Of a DNA stretch of 64,000 bases, positions 25,100 through 37,600 are shown piece by piece. Origin of the DNA: Psammoneis japonica. Lineage: Eukaryota. Both the position numbers and the translations under genes were made by a program. The notes beneath the pieces are model-generated. The model had not been told where the DNA came from. It did no database searches and saw only the letters and a list, made by a program, of their open reading frames with translations. The stretch is from NCBI GenBank assembly GCA_008632985.1, contig QPGO01000034.1:139311-203310 (forward strand). The letters are read 5' to 3'. Position 1 is the stretch's first letter. Each line of letters opens with the position of its first letter.

Positions 25100-26230
25100 A
25101 TGGCGGCTGACAACAGTGCTGAGGGTGGTGTCGCGCCGACGCCGAAAACGGACGATGTTTACGACAGGCAGATTCGTCTATGGGGAGCCGAAGCTCAGGT
25201 GAGAAGGTTGGTGCAGCTATCGAAAGGCTTGTCTGTTCAACGTCTCAACCACGCGCCTACGGTATTGTTTTACGCATTGCATATCGTCAGGGCAAAATCA
25301 ACAAGGCCAAGATTCTCTACTTGAACATTACTGGCGTCTCATCTGAGATTCTGAAAAACATGGTTCTCGCTGGGGTCCGAGCTGTTGTTTGCGATCCTCG
25401 TCCCTTTCCTGACGCCGTCGAAGATACTCCAACGTCATTTTTTCCCGCGCAGGAACTGAAGACATCGATGGACGAACCAGAGACAAAGAAGCAACGAGTA
25501 GAGAAAACCGTGGCAGAAGCTATTCAGCCGCGCGTGGAGGAACTCAACCCACTCCTGGGACGTGTCAGGTGGAAACGAAATCAGTGGAGGAGCTCGAAGA
25601 CGACTATTTTTCTAAGTACGATATCGTCATTGCATCTCGATTGGGAATCAGGCAGGCCTGTCGCATTGCTTCTGCCACCACTAAAGCCGGCGGCAAGTTT
25701 TACTTGGTAGATTGCTTTGGATGGTGGGGGGTGGCTGTTGTGGATATTGGGGATCAGCATTCCTTTCGGGAAGAGCTCGGCAAGGACAAGCTCTCGGACG
25801 TGACGAAACTGTCCAAGTACGTGCCCCTCAAGGCCTTGTTTGACACTCCTCTTTCGGAGGCGACAGACCGATTCAATAAGACACCACCAGCCATCTGGAT
25901 GCGATACAGGTCAGTTTTGGAGTACCACCTGGCGAAGAACTCGTGGCCAAACGACAAGGTGGCGGAGGATTTCGCTACTTTTACAAACAAGTGTTTGTCG
26001 ACCGGACAAGATTTATCAAAGCTAGAGGGAATGAACAGCGATGATCTGAAGAAACTCGCGAGTATCGCCACGGCTCAAGTGTCTCCCGTTTGCGCTGTTC
26101 TTGGTGGTGTCATGGGGAATGAAGTGATCAAGGTGATCAGTGGCAAAGGCGAACCTGCCAACAACACACTTTGTTTGATGGAACGACTGGGAAATGTCAA
26201 ACATTCTTTGTGGGCAAGACTGGGGCATAG
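25100..26230 (+). CDS. SAE1: SUMO-activating enzyme subunit 1 (AOS1/SAE1); intron 25199-25290; two apparent assembly frameshifts
   Basis: Motifs VYDRQIRLWGAEAQ, SEILKNMVLAGV, RVEELNPL and SPVCAVLGGVMGNEVIKVISGKGEPANN. Single-base gaps at ~25560 and ~26172. Confidence 0.88.
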
Positions 26231-26300
26231 TAGAAGTCGTAATGCAATAGATAACTCCTTGTTTTCTGATCCAATTCATATGGAAAGCTTCTTAGCTACC

Positions 26301-28336
26301 CTAGCGGCAATGTCTCACCCGCAATCTGCAAAGCGACTCCAAACACCCGAGAGCAGACGTTTCCTTCAATTCCAAAACGGTATCCTTCTCGGGTGGTTGT
26401 AATGAGACGTGGATATTCATTTCACGTACACACACTTCTTCGGCCATTTCAGCTAGAACCTCAAAGCGTTTCTTACGATCGTTATCAATGACCTCCAATC
26501 GTTGACGTACCATCGACAAGGCAGGTCCCGACGCGACGGCGATACTCATTTCAATCTCAGCTTGACGTAAATTCTCGGATAACGACGCAAACGCGTTCAG
26601 CGATGCGCTGTTACCACTCTCATACTGTTTTCCAATCTCGACAGCAAGTTCACGTTGTCTCTTTACCATGTCATACCAATCTTGGTGGTGCGCACAAAAC
26701 AGTTCGACATCCAACTCGTAGCACCCCTTGATAACCCAAGTAGCAATGTCCACGTCACCCTTCTTTTCAGGCTGGAAAGAACCTCGGTTCTTGCACAGCT
26801 TCCCCAAACACTGCAGTTGTTCCATCAGGCTATCGAGCCGCTTCTGAATTGTTTGATTTGTAGTCATGTTGTTATCACTCACAGAACCAAACGGATACGT
26901 AGAGGATGATCGTGCCAAGCTTTCTTCTCTGGGGACGCCTTGAAGATCCAACAGCAATGGCCGAATCCCGGTGGAGGTTTCCGGGCCTGCCTTGCGACAA
27001 AGGAGGAATTTCAGCCGCTAAACAAGCAACGCAAAAGTCAGAAGACCATCTAAACAAGAACGTGAAACGCAAGCAACATGTTGGTGTGACGTACCCGAAG
27101 AGTCTCTTGCAAGCAAGGAATTTCCTCAGACAGCAACACACCGGGCACAGGTTTCAACCTAGCTCGCTTGGAGTCTAAAACACGGGCCAACTCGGTAAAG
27201 GGGAAAATTGCCTCAGCCATTTTCACTTCGAGCTCTTCGCAATGCTGTTCCAACGTAAGTGCTTCAACAAGAGAAGGTGTTTCGAGAGTACTCTGAATAA
27301 AGGCATTCACCTTGGATCTCTTGGCTTCAAGCTTGTCGCGTTGGTCTTGAAGGGCAATGTACTCATCCACGAGTTCTATAGGCGGTGCGCGTTGCACAGT
27401 CTGATGAGCTTCAAGAAAGGCTCGAAAGGGTGCTCTGTATTCGCACTTGACAAGATAGAGTCGTTTCGACACGACCGCATCCGCTTCAACTGCGCACTTG
27501 AACTGATGCAGTCGCATGGGAATATCTTCCTTCAATAGGCCAGCCAAGAGACGTGCCTCCCTTTCACACAGTGGACCCAATCCGGAAAGAGCTACTGCAG
27601 CTGATGTTGTGGCGTTTATGTTGCTACCAGCAGAGGTCCCGTGATGAGAAACCGCCGCGAAGGAGTCAACAAAGAGATCTGAATAGAATGCATGCTTTGT
27701 TAAAGTCCGCAGCAAACGTTGACATGACAAGAGTATATCATCAGCCCACACATAGTCCGGACACTGCAGCCTCGGGGATTCCCAACAATCTTTGGCGTTC
27801 AGACTCGTTTGCTTGTCTCTACCGCGTCCTGTTTCTGCCGCACGGATCGACTCAAGTACCCCGTGCGCTATACCCTGACTTCCCACTCCCAAAAGGGCTG
27901 AGGATGTTGCTGAGGATCCACTATCTGTTCCATAGTCGTTTGGATTCGCCAGGTTTGCCGACTGCGCTAACCGATCTTGAGAAATTCGTTCAATGGCATC
28001 GCTTGCAGCGTCGCAGCAGAGCCTTGCAAAGCTTTCCGATGATTCAGCCATACGTCGGACTTGTTGTGACCGCGGGGACGACGATTCTTCCTCTCGAAAC
28101 AAAACTTTCAATAACGACTGAGCTTGTTCGTTAAGGTCAATCCAAGCACACAAAAGAGCATTCGCAGAACAGACCGTCGCTGTCAATTGTCCTTCGTTGG
28201 CCCGATACAGAGCGACGTCCAACAACGTGATTAATCCAGGAACCGCTACCAAATCCAACGGACACTCCTGACTCTCTCCTGGAGATGAACGACTTCGAAA
28301 GAGCATGGAAAGCATATACGAAACGAGAGCAGTCAT
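26301..28336 (-). CDS. Hypothetical protein; intron 27018-27094
   Basis: The 428-aa and 218-aa ORFs join in frame across a GTACGT...TTTAG intron (ETLR|RLKFLLCRK...). Normal composition, no recognised domain. Confidence 0.7.
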
Positions 28337-30488
28337 GAAACCGGCGTGTCTAGTTGGCGTAGCGTCATGAGCGAACGTCCGGAAGTCTTTGTGGTGATCG
28401 ATGCATGAGAGTGTTGAGGGTGGCGGGCTGCGCCTGTTGCCCTCTCATTTCTATTACGTTTTTTCTTTTTTATTATTAAAATTTCCTTTTCAATAGGCAG
28501 TTTTAGTAACGAAATTCAAACCAGCATCTGTCACATAAGAACCCGTTGTTGTCGAAAAAGAATTCCCTGTTTAGTTGCAGATCCTGTTCTGGGTCCATCG
28601 AAATCGCCACTGATTGATGTGTGCCACCGGCTCATGCTTCTCTTCCAAATCCTTGTGTTTTCTCCTGCTTTGTCTTCTGGCAGTTCTGTCACCAGCCCTT
28701 CATTGAAAATCAGGTTTTGCTGGTCGTAAGGAGCAGAAGCCAACTCGTCCTCCCCTTCGTTTTGTGCTGCTGACCCAAGTGACATGGCCAGATTTGAGCT
28801 TCATCACATTCGCCATCACCATGCCAGTGCCAATGCTGCCCTTGCTCTGCTTGTTGTGGTCAACTCTTCATCAAAAAGCCAGCCACCACACCAGGTTGAC
28901 AGAAGAGCCCCCCCTCCCCAGCTGCTGATGACTTTCACACTTTGGATCACAGTCGATGATGCTGTTGCCCTCGAGGATCGTTTCGCTTTCCACAGCACCG
29001 GCAATGCTGTTGCTGATGGCCACCTTGACATGCACTTGATGAAGATTGAGCTTGAGGGAAATGAAAAAGGACTCTTCTGACGATGACGCAGCCGTGGCGC
29101 TGAATTGAACGCCACTGCAGGGCCAGTCCGCCTTGGCAACACGTTCACTCAGCTCCCACCAACCCGCACGTGCAAAGGCATGATCGTCGGCTGCGAAAAA
29201 CGTGTTGCCAACCAGACTGTGACTCCCATGATGGGAGCCAGAGCGAGAGCCGCCACGGTCGCCACAGCAAACAAAGCGCTCAGCAACGCCAACAAACGAA
29301 AGCGAGCAGGGCATTTCATGATGTTTGTGTAAAGAATGAGCAGCTGCAGTTGCAGTTGAGAGTTGTGCACTTCTTGAAAATCGCACCGGAACCAGGATTG
29401 ACAAGAAGTGAACAACAACACACCACGACTCCAAAATGCACTTTGTGCAACAATGCGGGTGCGAACTCGCTTTCCACCGCCAGCCAGTCATCCACAAAAT
29501 GCTCAGAATCGATCTTGTCAACCGTTCTGACGTTGATCGAGTGTCTCAAAAAATTGAGACACGTCATCAAGAATTGGGTGATGGGGCTTTCTGACACATC
29601 AGCATCAAAAGCACTGACACACCGTGCCTTTCATTGACCTTCAACTTCCTAAATGCCATTCGGAACTTCACCCGTCATCTTCGCGAAGTCAGGACCAAAA
29701 TGACACGGATCCACTTGGAATCAAAACCGCATCGAAACTTTGATGGTCAAAAGAGAGAGATGCATTTTCTTGATGTGAAAAGAGTGGTTTTGGCAACCGC
29801 AAAAAACAAGGCACTTGCTCCACTTGTGCACTGGTGGTTTTGCCACTGCCTGTGGTTGGTTGAGAGGCTCCTGTTTTTGCCAAAATGAGGGGCTGTGCTG
29901 CGGGCTCACACCACACATGTGCAACAGAGTTGGAGAGCTCTGGCATGTGTGCTGTGTCACTTCCAGGGCAAACAAGGATGAGTTGGAGTGTCTTGGGACA
30001 CTTCTTGGAAAGATCCAAGAGAAGAAGCCTGCTGGTGGGGTGCCTGTTCCAGCTCCAGGTGATCTGCTTTTCATCACACTAGATTTTCTGCGCAGTTTTC
30101 AGTGCCAGACATTTTTGTCTCCACCCGGCAGAGCTTCCACTTTTTTAATTTTGCAAACATTGATTGTTCAAATGATGCCATGTGTTTGTGATGTTTTGGT
30201 GCTCATCTGCAACAAATGAGGTGCATGTTGCATCACAGGAAGAATCGTGTCAGTTGGCATTTGATGTTTTTCTGCCAATGCGCAGAACAACCCTGACTTC
30301 CATGAACATGTGCCATCCACCCAACACACACACCAGCCACAATGCAGCACACCGCTGTCACCACTCCACAAGAGCCCCCTCTTTGATCTCACTGTTGCAT
30401 GGAACCGTCTGCTCTTTTCATTTCAAAGTTGTGTCATTGTCATCACAATGTGATTGTGGCTCCAAAGAGTTGCTGTTGTTGTGGATGA

Positions 30489-31194
30489 CACCATCTCTTT
30501 GCATTCTCTTGTTTCGAATTTGGCAAGTTGATTTGTCGTGGTTTTTTTTGCACGTCGTGTCTCCGTGCGCATGCATTTTTCTGGTTGCTTCTCACATCTC
30601 ATTTTATGGTTGTTTTTCACCAGGGCCTTCGGAATTTCTGCAAAACTCAAGCATTTGCCCAAACATTCTCCGAACAACAGTTGCTGCTGGAACAAACTTG
30701 TCTTGGTTTGTTTTCACTGTGACGCTTGCTGTTTGCACTTTTCAGCATCTAGAGCTGCCTTGGAGGCTGCCTTCGTGGCAACTGACATTGGCCCCCTCTC
30801 TGGAGTGCATTTGTCGCACAAGCAGGAGCTCACCATCTCTTTGCATTCTCTTGTTTCGAGTTCGGCAAGTTGATTTGTTGTGGGTTTTTTGCACGTCCTG
30901 TCTCCATGCACGTGCATTTTTCTGGTTGCTTCTCATGTCTCATTTTATGGTTGTTTTTCACCAGGGCCTTCGGAATTTCTACAAAACTCAAGCATTTGCC
31001 TGAACATTCTCCGAACAACAGTTGCTGCTGGAACAAACTTGTCTTGGTTTGTTTTCACTGTGATGCTTGCTGTTTGCACTTTCCAGCATCTGGAGCTGCC
31101 TTGAAGGCTGCCTCTGTTCATCCGCATGATGACTTTTGTGGTGACTGACGTCAGCCCCCTCTCTTGAGTGCTGCATTTGTCACACAATCAGGAG
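30489..31194. repeat. Tandem duplication, 342-bp period, two copies
   Basis: caccatctctttgcattctcttgtttcga occurs at 30489 and 30831, and the copies stay collinear for ~340 bp. Confidence 0.95.
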
Positions 31195-31199
31195 TGCAA

Positions 31200-34100
31200 A
31201 AGCAGTGCAATCACCATGGACACATTGGCCAAAGCAGCCTCCCAGCAGTGTCCCATTGGTGGCAGTTCCCTTCAAGCAAATGACAACTCTTCCAGCACAT
31301 TGAAGGTTTCCTTTTGCGTCCAGCATCGCGTCTGGGCACTCGAGGAACATTGCCCGCTGCAGGGCAAAGCCAAAACTTGGCACACTGTGCCTCTCCAAGA
31401 TGCAGTTGATCCCCTTGCATGCCCACAAGGTCTTGTAGATTTGAGCATCTTGACCACGGAAGATCATGAAACCAAGAAGATGAGCCCTCTCTTTTGTGTT
31501 CTTCATCACAAGAATGGTTTCGATGGGTTCAACAGTGTCAAAACACGGAACATGTTCCGCAACACTGTTGTCCATTGGTTTTGTGTGAAACATTCAATGC
31601 TGAGAATCGACCACAACTAAACCAACACATCAAGGACAAGAACCAGCACTCTCTTGATGTTGGCTGTGGCGCCATCAGTGATGTTGATGAGGGACGCCAT
31701 GCAGGACAAGCAAAACATTGCTGCTGTTTTGATGCACCGTGTCAAGACAAACACAGGCCTGCTTGTTGATCACGTCCATGTGACAGAATCTCAGGTTGTG
31801 GAGGTCGGGATGGGTGATGAGAGACAATCAATCATGCCATCAAGTCAAGGCATTTGTCCTTTTTTGTTGGACTTGTCCAAGCCATTTGCTGTGGTGTTGT
31901 CAAGAAGATGGATGCATCATGTCTTCATTGTCAGAAGATGTCGAAGTCTCATCACATGGGAGTGATGGGTTTCGAGGACATCACAGACACCATGAGTGAA
32001 CGTTCTGACCTGGCGGACATCCGCAAGCACTGGGAGTGGGATCATCTCATGCAGAATGACAGAGGCAACACGGTTGCCCTGTGTGCAAAGGAGATGATTG
32101 CTCCAACAATGAGCTCTGCAATTGTTTTGGCATTGCCTCATTCCAGCCCAGAGCATCAGAACGTCACAACAGAGATCTGCAGTGATGAAGACTTTTGGAC
32201 TTCCTGAAGGAGCATGCATTGCTGATCATTCGTGCTTTGCCAAGCACCAATTCCACAAATCATCTTTTGTCAACATTCAAAACCCAGAAACGCACGATCA
32301 TGAAAAGTTGACCAAAGATTTAAGCTCAATGAGTGGCTGCCTTTTGGCAATGTTGTGCACAGAAGTTGGTGGCAAATGAAGTCTCCAAATTTGATGAAGA
32401 GCCATTTTAAATGTTGGCTTTGAAGGGGTTGCATGTCAAGTTCTGCCATGAAATGAGACATCCTGTTTTAACTGCGAAACAGCACTGGGGTTCAATCAGC
32501 AACCATTGCTCTGTTCCAAATGAAATCGCTCAGAGGAAGCAGGTGGACAAAAAGCTGCATCAAAAACCATGCCTCAGCTGTGAGAAGTTGAGGAAGGGCA
32601 ATGTGGATGACAGCGATGATTGTGTTTTTCACAACAAGCATTGCAAAAAGGAGAAGCTTGAACAGTCGGATGATGACATGGAGGAAGATCCCTGCATTGC
32701 CAAACTTCCCACCGACGTAAAATGCAAAGTGCCCACAAGCTGCATGATTGGCTGCCGGAAGGTTTTCTCATTTGGACCATGCAACCCTGGTGAGACACTG
32801 CCATCAGAGGCATTGTTTGACATTGTTGCAGGTTGGTGGTGCAACCACATGTTGCGGATTCCCTCTGGTGGTGAAGACAAAGACTTTAAGCTGCAATGAT
32901 GCTCTGAGTCAGTGGAGGCCGTCATCAAAGACAAGCACATCTTTGAAGTTCACTTCCCTGCCAGACCAAGCAGGAAGGGCTGCTGCAAAGAGCTGCTTGC
33001 TCACCTTGCTGATTGGTGCAAGGCAGCTCCAGGACTTGCATGGCACAAGTTTTGCAGAAGGATTCATTGCCATCGTTGCATGGATCATGCCAGTGTCTGT
33101 GATGCAAGGATGAAGGCAGAGTTGGGGGAGGAAAAGGAAGAGGGGAAGGAGGGCACTGAAGTGGCGGATGACCTGCAAAAGGCTGAGGCTGGCACTGCAA
33201 GGTTTCAACTGTGAGACAAAACCAGGAGGAGCAAGATCAAGGTGGGGCCATGGATGAATCGACTGAGGAAAAGGAGGAAGATGATGGTGTGCGAGACAAA
33301 ATCCAGGAGGAGCAAGGTCAAGGTGGGGCCATGGCTGAATCGACTGAGGACAAGGAGAAGATGATGACCAGGAAGAAGTTGACAAAGCCAAGGGTGCAGA
33401 AGACTCAGCACTTGGAGACACAAAGGCAGAGAAGAGGGAGAGAGTGGGAGAAGCGTGTCACAGACATGATGTGAAGCTCATGAAGAAAGACACAACTGGA
33501 GTGAGCAAGGATGAGGATCTCATTGGCCTTCACAGCTCTGGGCCAAAACCAAAGGCAAAAGGAGCCACTTCATGGCATTGGTTGAGCAAAGAGCAGCGAC
33601 ACCAAGAAGAAAGGGATCAACTTGATTGTGAGTGCAAAGATGCTCAAGTGATGTTGTGGGTTAAAAAACTCACTTGGGTTGATCCAAGTTCATGGAACAG
33701 CAGGCGCCAGCATCCTGGTGATCCAAATTTGCTTTCAAGAAAAAAACGAAGGTGTCATGTTGTGGAAAAAATGGTTTGATGTGCAACACAATGAAATGAA
33801 CGGCCATTCCATGGACATGCATGTGTGGCCCTCATCGCACGTGCCGAACACAAACCAAACGTTCCCATGCAACTCAATCGAAAATGCAGGAACAAGATTA
33901 AGAACAAGGTGCAATCAATTTGCAACCCACCACAGATTGCCAAACTGAAGAGATTGACTGAAGCGGAGATTCAAAAACTTCCACCTGTTGGGCAGGGTGC
34001 TGATTTCATTGGCTGCAGCTTGGAGGGGAACTGTCCCATGTGTGCAACCCCAGATTGGGCTGAGTGCAATTTCAAGTTTCGGTTTCCAGATGTGTGGAAT

Positions 34101-34620
34101 GATTTGAAAGTGTTGAAGCCATTGGATGGTTTTTGCTCCTTGCCAGAAGGAAACGCATTGATGTCATTGAACAGCAACTTGCCGACGAGCGGCCCACCTG
34201 TGAAATTCCTGCAAGGACAAAACGACACTTGCATTTTTTTGTCTGTCCCTGGCCAGTGTTCTTGATTGTGCTGGCGACGTGGAAATGAGAGACTGCATTG
34301 CTTCTCACATTCAAACATCTGCCAACTGTGCCAACGCTGACAACAAGCACATGTTGTTTGCAAAGCACATGTTGAATGGTCATTTGAAGGGAAAATTCCC
34401 ACCTGCAAACTCAAACATTGGGTTTTGCAGCAGTGTGGATTGAACAATTTCCTTGGAAGCAGGTGGTGAATTTGATGTGACGACCTGCAATGATGACTTC
34501 ATAACTTTGTGCCATCTTGTGAACAACCACTGCATTGCCTTGCACCATGGTTGGATCTTTGATTCCAACCACCCTTTTGCATTGCCAGCAAAGGACATCA
34601 AGTGCTTGAATTGGTGAATT
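31200..34620 (+). pseudogene. Decayed large TE-associated ORF ending in a possible papain-fold (C39-like) domain
   Basis: Broken frames with protein-like text, an acidic tract with an ~80-bp tandem repeat (33211-33365), and C-terminal QGQNDTCIFLS...NHCIALHHGWIFDSNHPFALP...LNW. Confidence 0.45.
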
Positions 34621-34649
34621 GGGAACAAGGAACATGAGGTGCAACATGT

Positions 34650-37600
34650 GGCAAAAAAGCATCTGCAACAAGTGTTCATGTTGCACCAGTTTGAACTTCC
34701 AAGGGTGGTGCAGCAGCAGTTGCATGGAAAAAGGAAAGCTTTTGTGTTGGGTGGTTGATCTGGTCACACAATGCAAAGTGACAATCACAGTGTTCGTTCA
34801 TTTTCCCATTGCCATTTTGTTCATCCAACTCATCACTGTCGCTGTCTCCTGCCGCACTCTCATCATCCTCTGCAGTGTCCTCCTTGTTGTCATTCTCTCC
34901 CTCCCACTCATCACGGCCGAGTCACTTTCTCGGCATCATCCATCCCATTTGCAACTCCACATGAACCTGGAGGCACCGCAATCATGTCATGCAATTCAGT
35001 CGCTTCTCGCTGCCGCACCAAGATGCTCGATCCACTGGGACAATGGTCCATGCAAATTTTTGACGGCAAACAAGGGAAACAAGTCATGTTCATCTCGTGC
35101 TGCCATGTGTGCCCCAACAATTCCTTGACCGCAGGTGAAACTGCAGCCTGCGCCCAGCAAGTTAACTTGTTGCGCCAGCAAGGTTGAGCAAGACCCGAGC
35201 CTCGACACGCATTTTGTTGTGATCTCTCCCGGACATTGGAAACATTTCTGGACGATCTGAACTGGGAAGTTGTTTTGTTTGGTGATTTTAACACGGATTT
35301 TCGAAATGACACTGACTCACTGGCCCACTTGGCGATGAGATTCAAGCTCTCCGACGTGATGTGCAACAAAATGCAGGATCTTGAATTCGCCACCCATCTC
35401 CGCGAATCCCGCCGAACTTGATTGTGTCCTTGCCACCTCAGGAGCTCTCCAAGCTGTCACAAAATGCGGTTGTGAATCGTTCGGACATAGAATTTCCTCA
35501 GATCACCATGCCTGCCATGTGGACTTTGACACAGAGTTGTTGTTTGGCAATTCTTCCGCCGCGCTCCCTCGCCCATCCCATCGAACCCTTCTTGCAAAGT
35601 CTTCGAAGCATGTTGCGACTTGCCTCGAAGCCATCGGTCCAATGCTCAAGAGCCGCAATGTGTTAGATCGAAGTGCAGCACTCCTTGCATCTGAAGAGCC
35701 GGACCATGCCCTTGCAGAACGGTTGGACTGCGACATGACACAATTTTGCATCTCCGCAGCCAAACATTGTCGGTGTCATCATGAACCAGAGTGGTCTCAA
35801 AAACTTGTGGACTTGCGCAGCAAAGTCTTCATCCTGTCTCGCCTTCTTTCTATGTTCAAAAACAAGACCACCTTTGTGGAATCGATTGTTCATGAAAAAT
35901 GCAAATTAAAGAAGTCGTTCCTTCTCCCAACTGCTTTGGAGGAATGTCAGAATGCTCTCCAACGTGCCCAGTCCGAATGTAAAAAAGTTGCTCGTGACAG
36001 TCTACATCACCGTGAACGCAAACGTGATGCTCGGATTGCAGAACTAGATCTAGAAGGCACCAAGGCAGCAACTGAAGAGGCAAAGATTCTTTGGAATGTC
36101 AGATGTGCAGAAGAGATGTTGCGAGTGTTCCGAAAAATCAACGCGTTTGAAGATGAGGATGGTTCAAGTGTCAGCAAAGCACAGGTCCCGGCTGATCCTC
36201 TAGAGGATCCCAAGACATGTGAACATTGGGAAACAACAGACGCTCACAAGATGTCGCTGCTGCCCTGACAGCACAGAATCAAAAACATTTTGGACAAGCT
36301 CATGGCACTCCTCCGACCGTTCCTCCTCTGTTGATAGATCCAGGGTACGAAGGCAACACCATCATGGTGGATCTTGTTCTTGACGGCAAGTGTCCCACGT
36401 CCGGATTGACAGAAGCTGCGGCTTTACTGATTGAGCATCTCCGGCGACGAACCCCAGTGTCAGCATCCAATTTCCTCACACCTGAAGAAGCCAGTGGGAA
36501 ATTTAAGTCGTGGACAGAATCCACCTCCACTTCGATCAAGTCCGGTCTTCATTTAGGCCACTTTAAGGCCATGCATTCTAAGCACATGTGTTCTTCAGAA
36601 ACGGATCCACAAGGTGATCCCACCATGAGAAGCACTGAATTGGATGAAGTCCAAGACAGCCTGTGACAGATCCGCTTGAATCTGCTAAACTGCGCACTCA
36701 AATGGGGACATTCTTACGACAGGTGGTGTGACGTGGTCAATGTCATGATCTTCAAAGAGCCAGGCAACAACAAGATCCACCGTCTCCGCGTGATCCACAT
36801 GCATGAAGCGGACTTCCAGTTGATCACCAGTGTGAAATGGCGGGCCCCAGCACAACATGTGGAACAACGCCGATTGTTCAACCCAGGCATCTGCGGTGCT
36901 CAAACTTTCCTGTGTGCTCAGACTCCTGCATTCCTTGAAGTTTTAATGTTGGAGACATCAAGGGTTTCTCGCAAGACGTCAATCACGAGTGATGATGATT
37001 GCACCTCATGTTGCGACAGGAATCTCCCGGTCCTCATGGCGATCACATCAGACAGTTTGGGTGTGGAACCATCAGCAGTGGCTGCAGCAATCAAAACTGT
37101 CCATCTGGCCAGGTGCTGGTTGCTCACCTTGTCAGGTCTCTCTGAGGACTTTTACTCACACAACGCAGAATGCCCCATCTGCGGTGCTGGCCAAGGCAGT
37201 GGCAACTCCCCTTTTTGCTGGAACAACTTGTGCAGCATTCCATTCGATGTCTTCGACTCCAAGGCCAATGGAGCGTTCTTCAAATCACCAGACAGGTCTC
37301 ATCAGCTCAACATCTGCACAAGAGGACACGCAGACGATGCGCCCAAGCAGACGAATGACTTCAGAGCATCACCTCAGCCTTCCGCAGAAGATTTAACTCC
37401 CAAATTGCAGCACAACAACCAACTCTGGTGCGACTTGCTCCACGCTGGCGGACACGAACTGGAACTCCCCAAGTGTTCCTTTCACGCTGTCGATTGGGAC
37501 TTCTCTGAATTTGGTGAGCTGAGCCTCCGACCGTGTGACCAAGACATGTCTGTGGAAATTTTCTCAGCCGATTGCTCCACTTCCAGACACAGCAAGCAGC

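Noticed and set aside
21062..26230. Frameshifts in the P4H, BTB and SAE1 genes as programmed frameshifting or pseudogenisation
   Set aside because: Most are single-base losses in short homopolymers (gaaaatgg, ggcacctag, cactttgttt) within otherwise conserved genes, typical of long-read consensus errors. Read-level confirmation is still needed.
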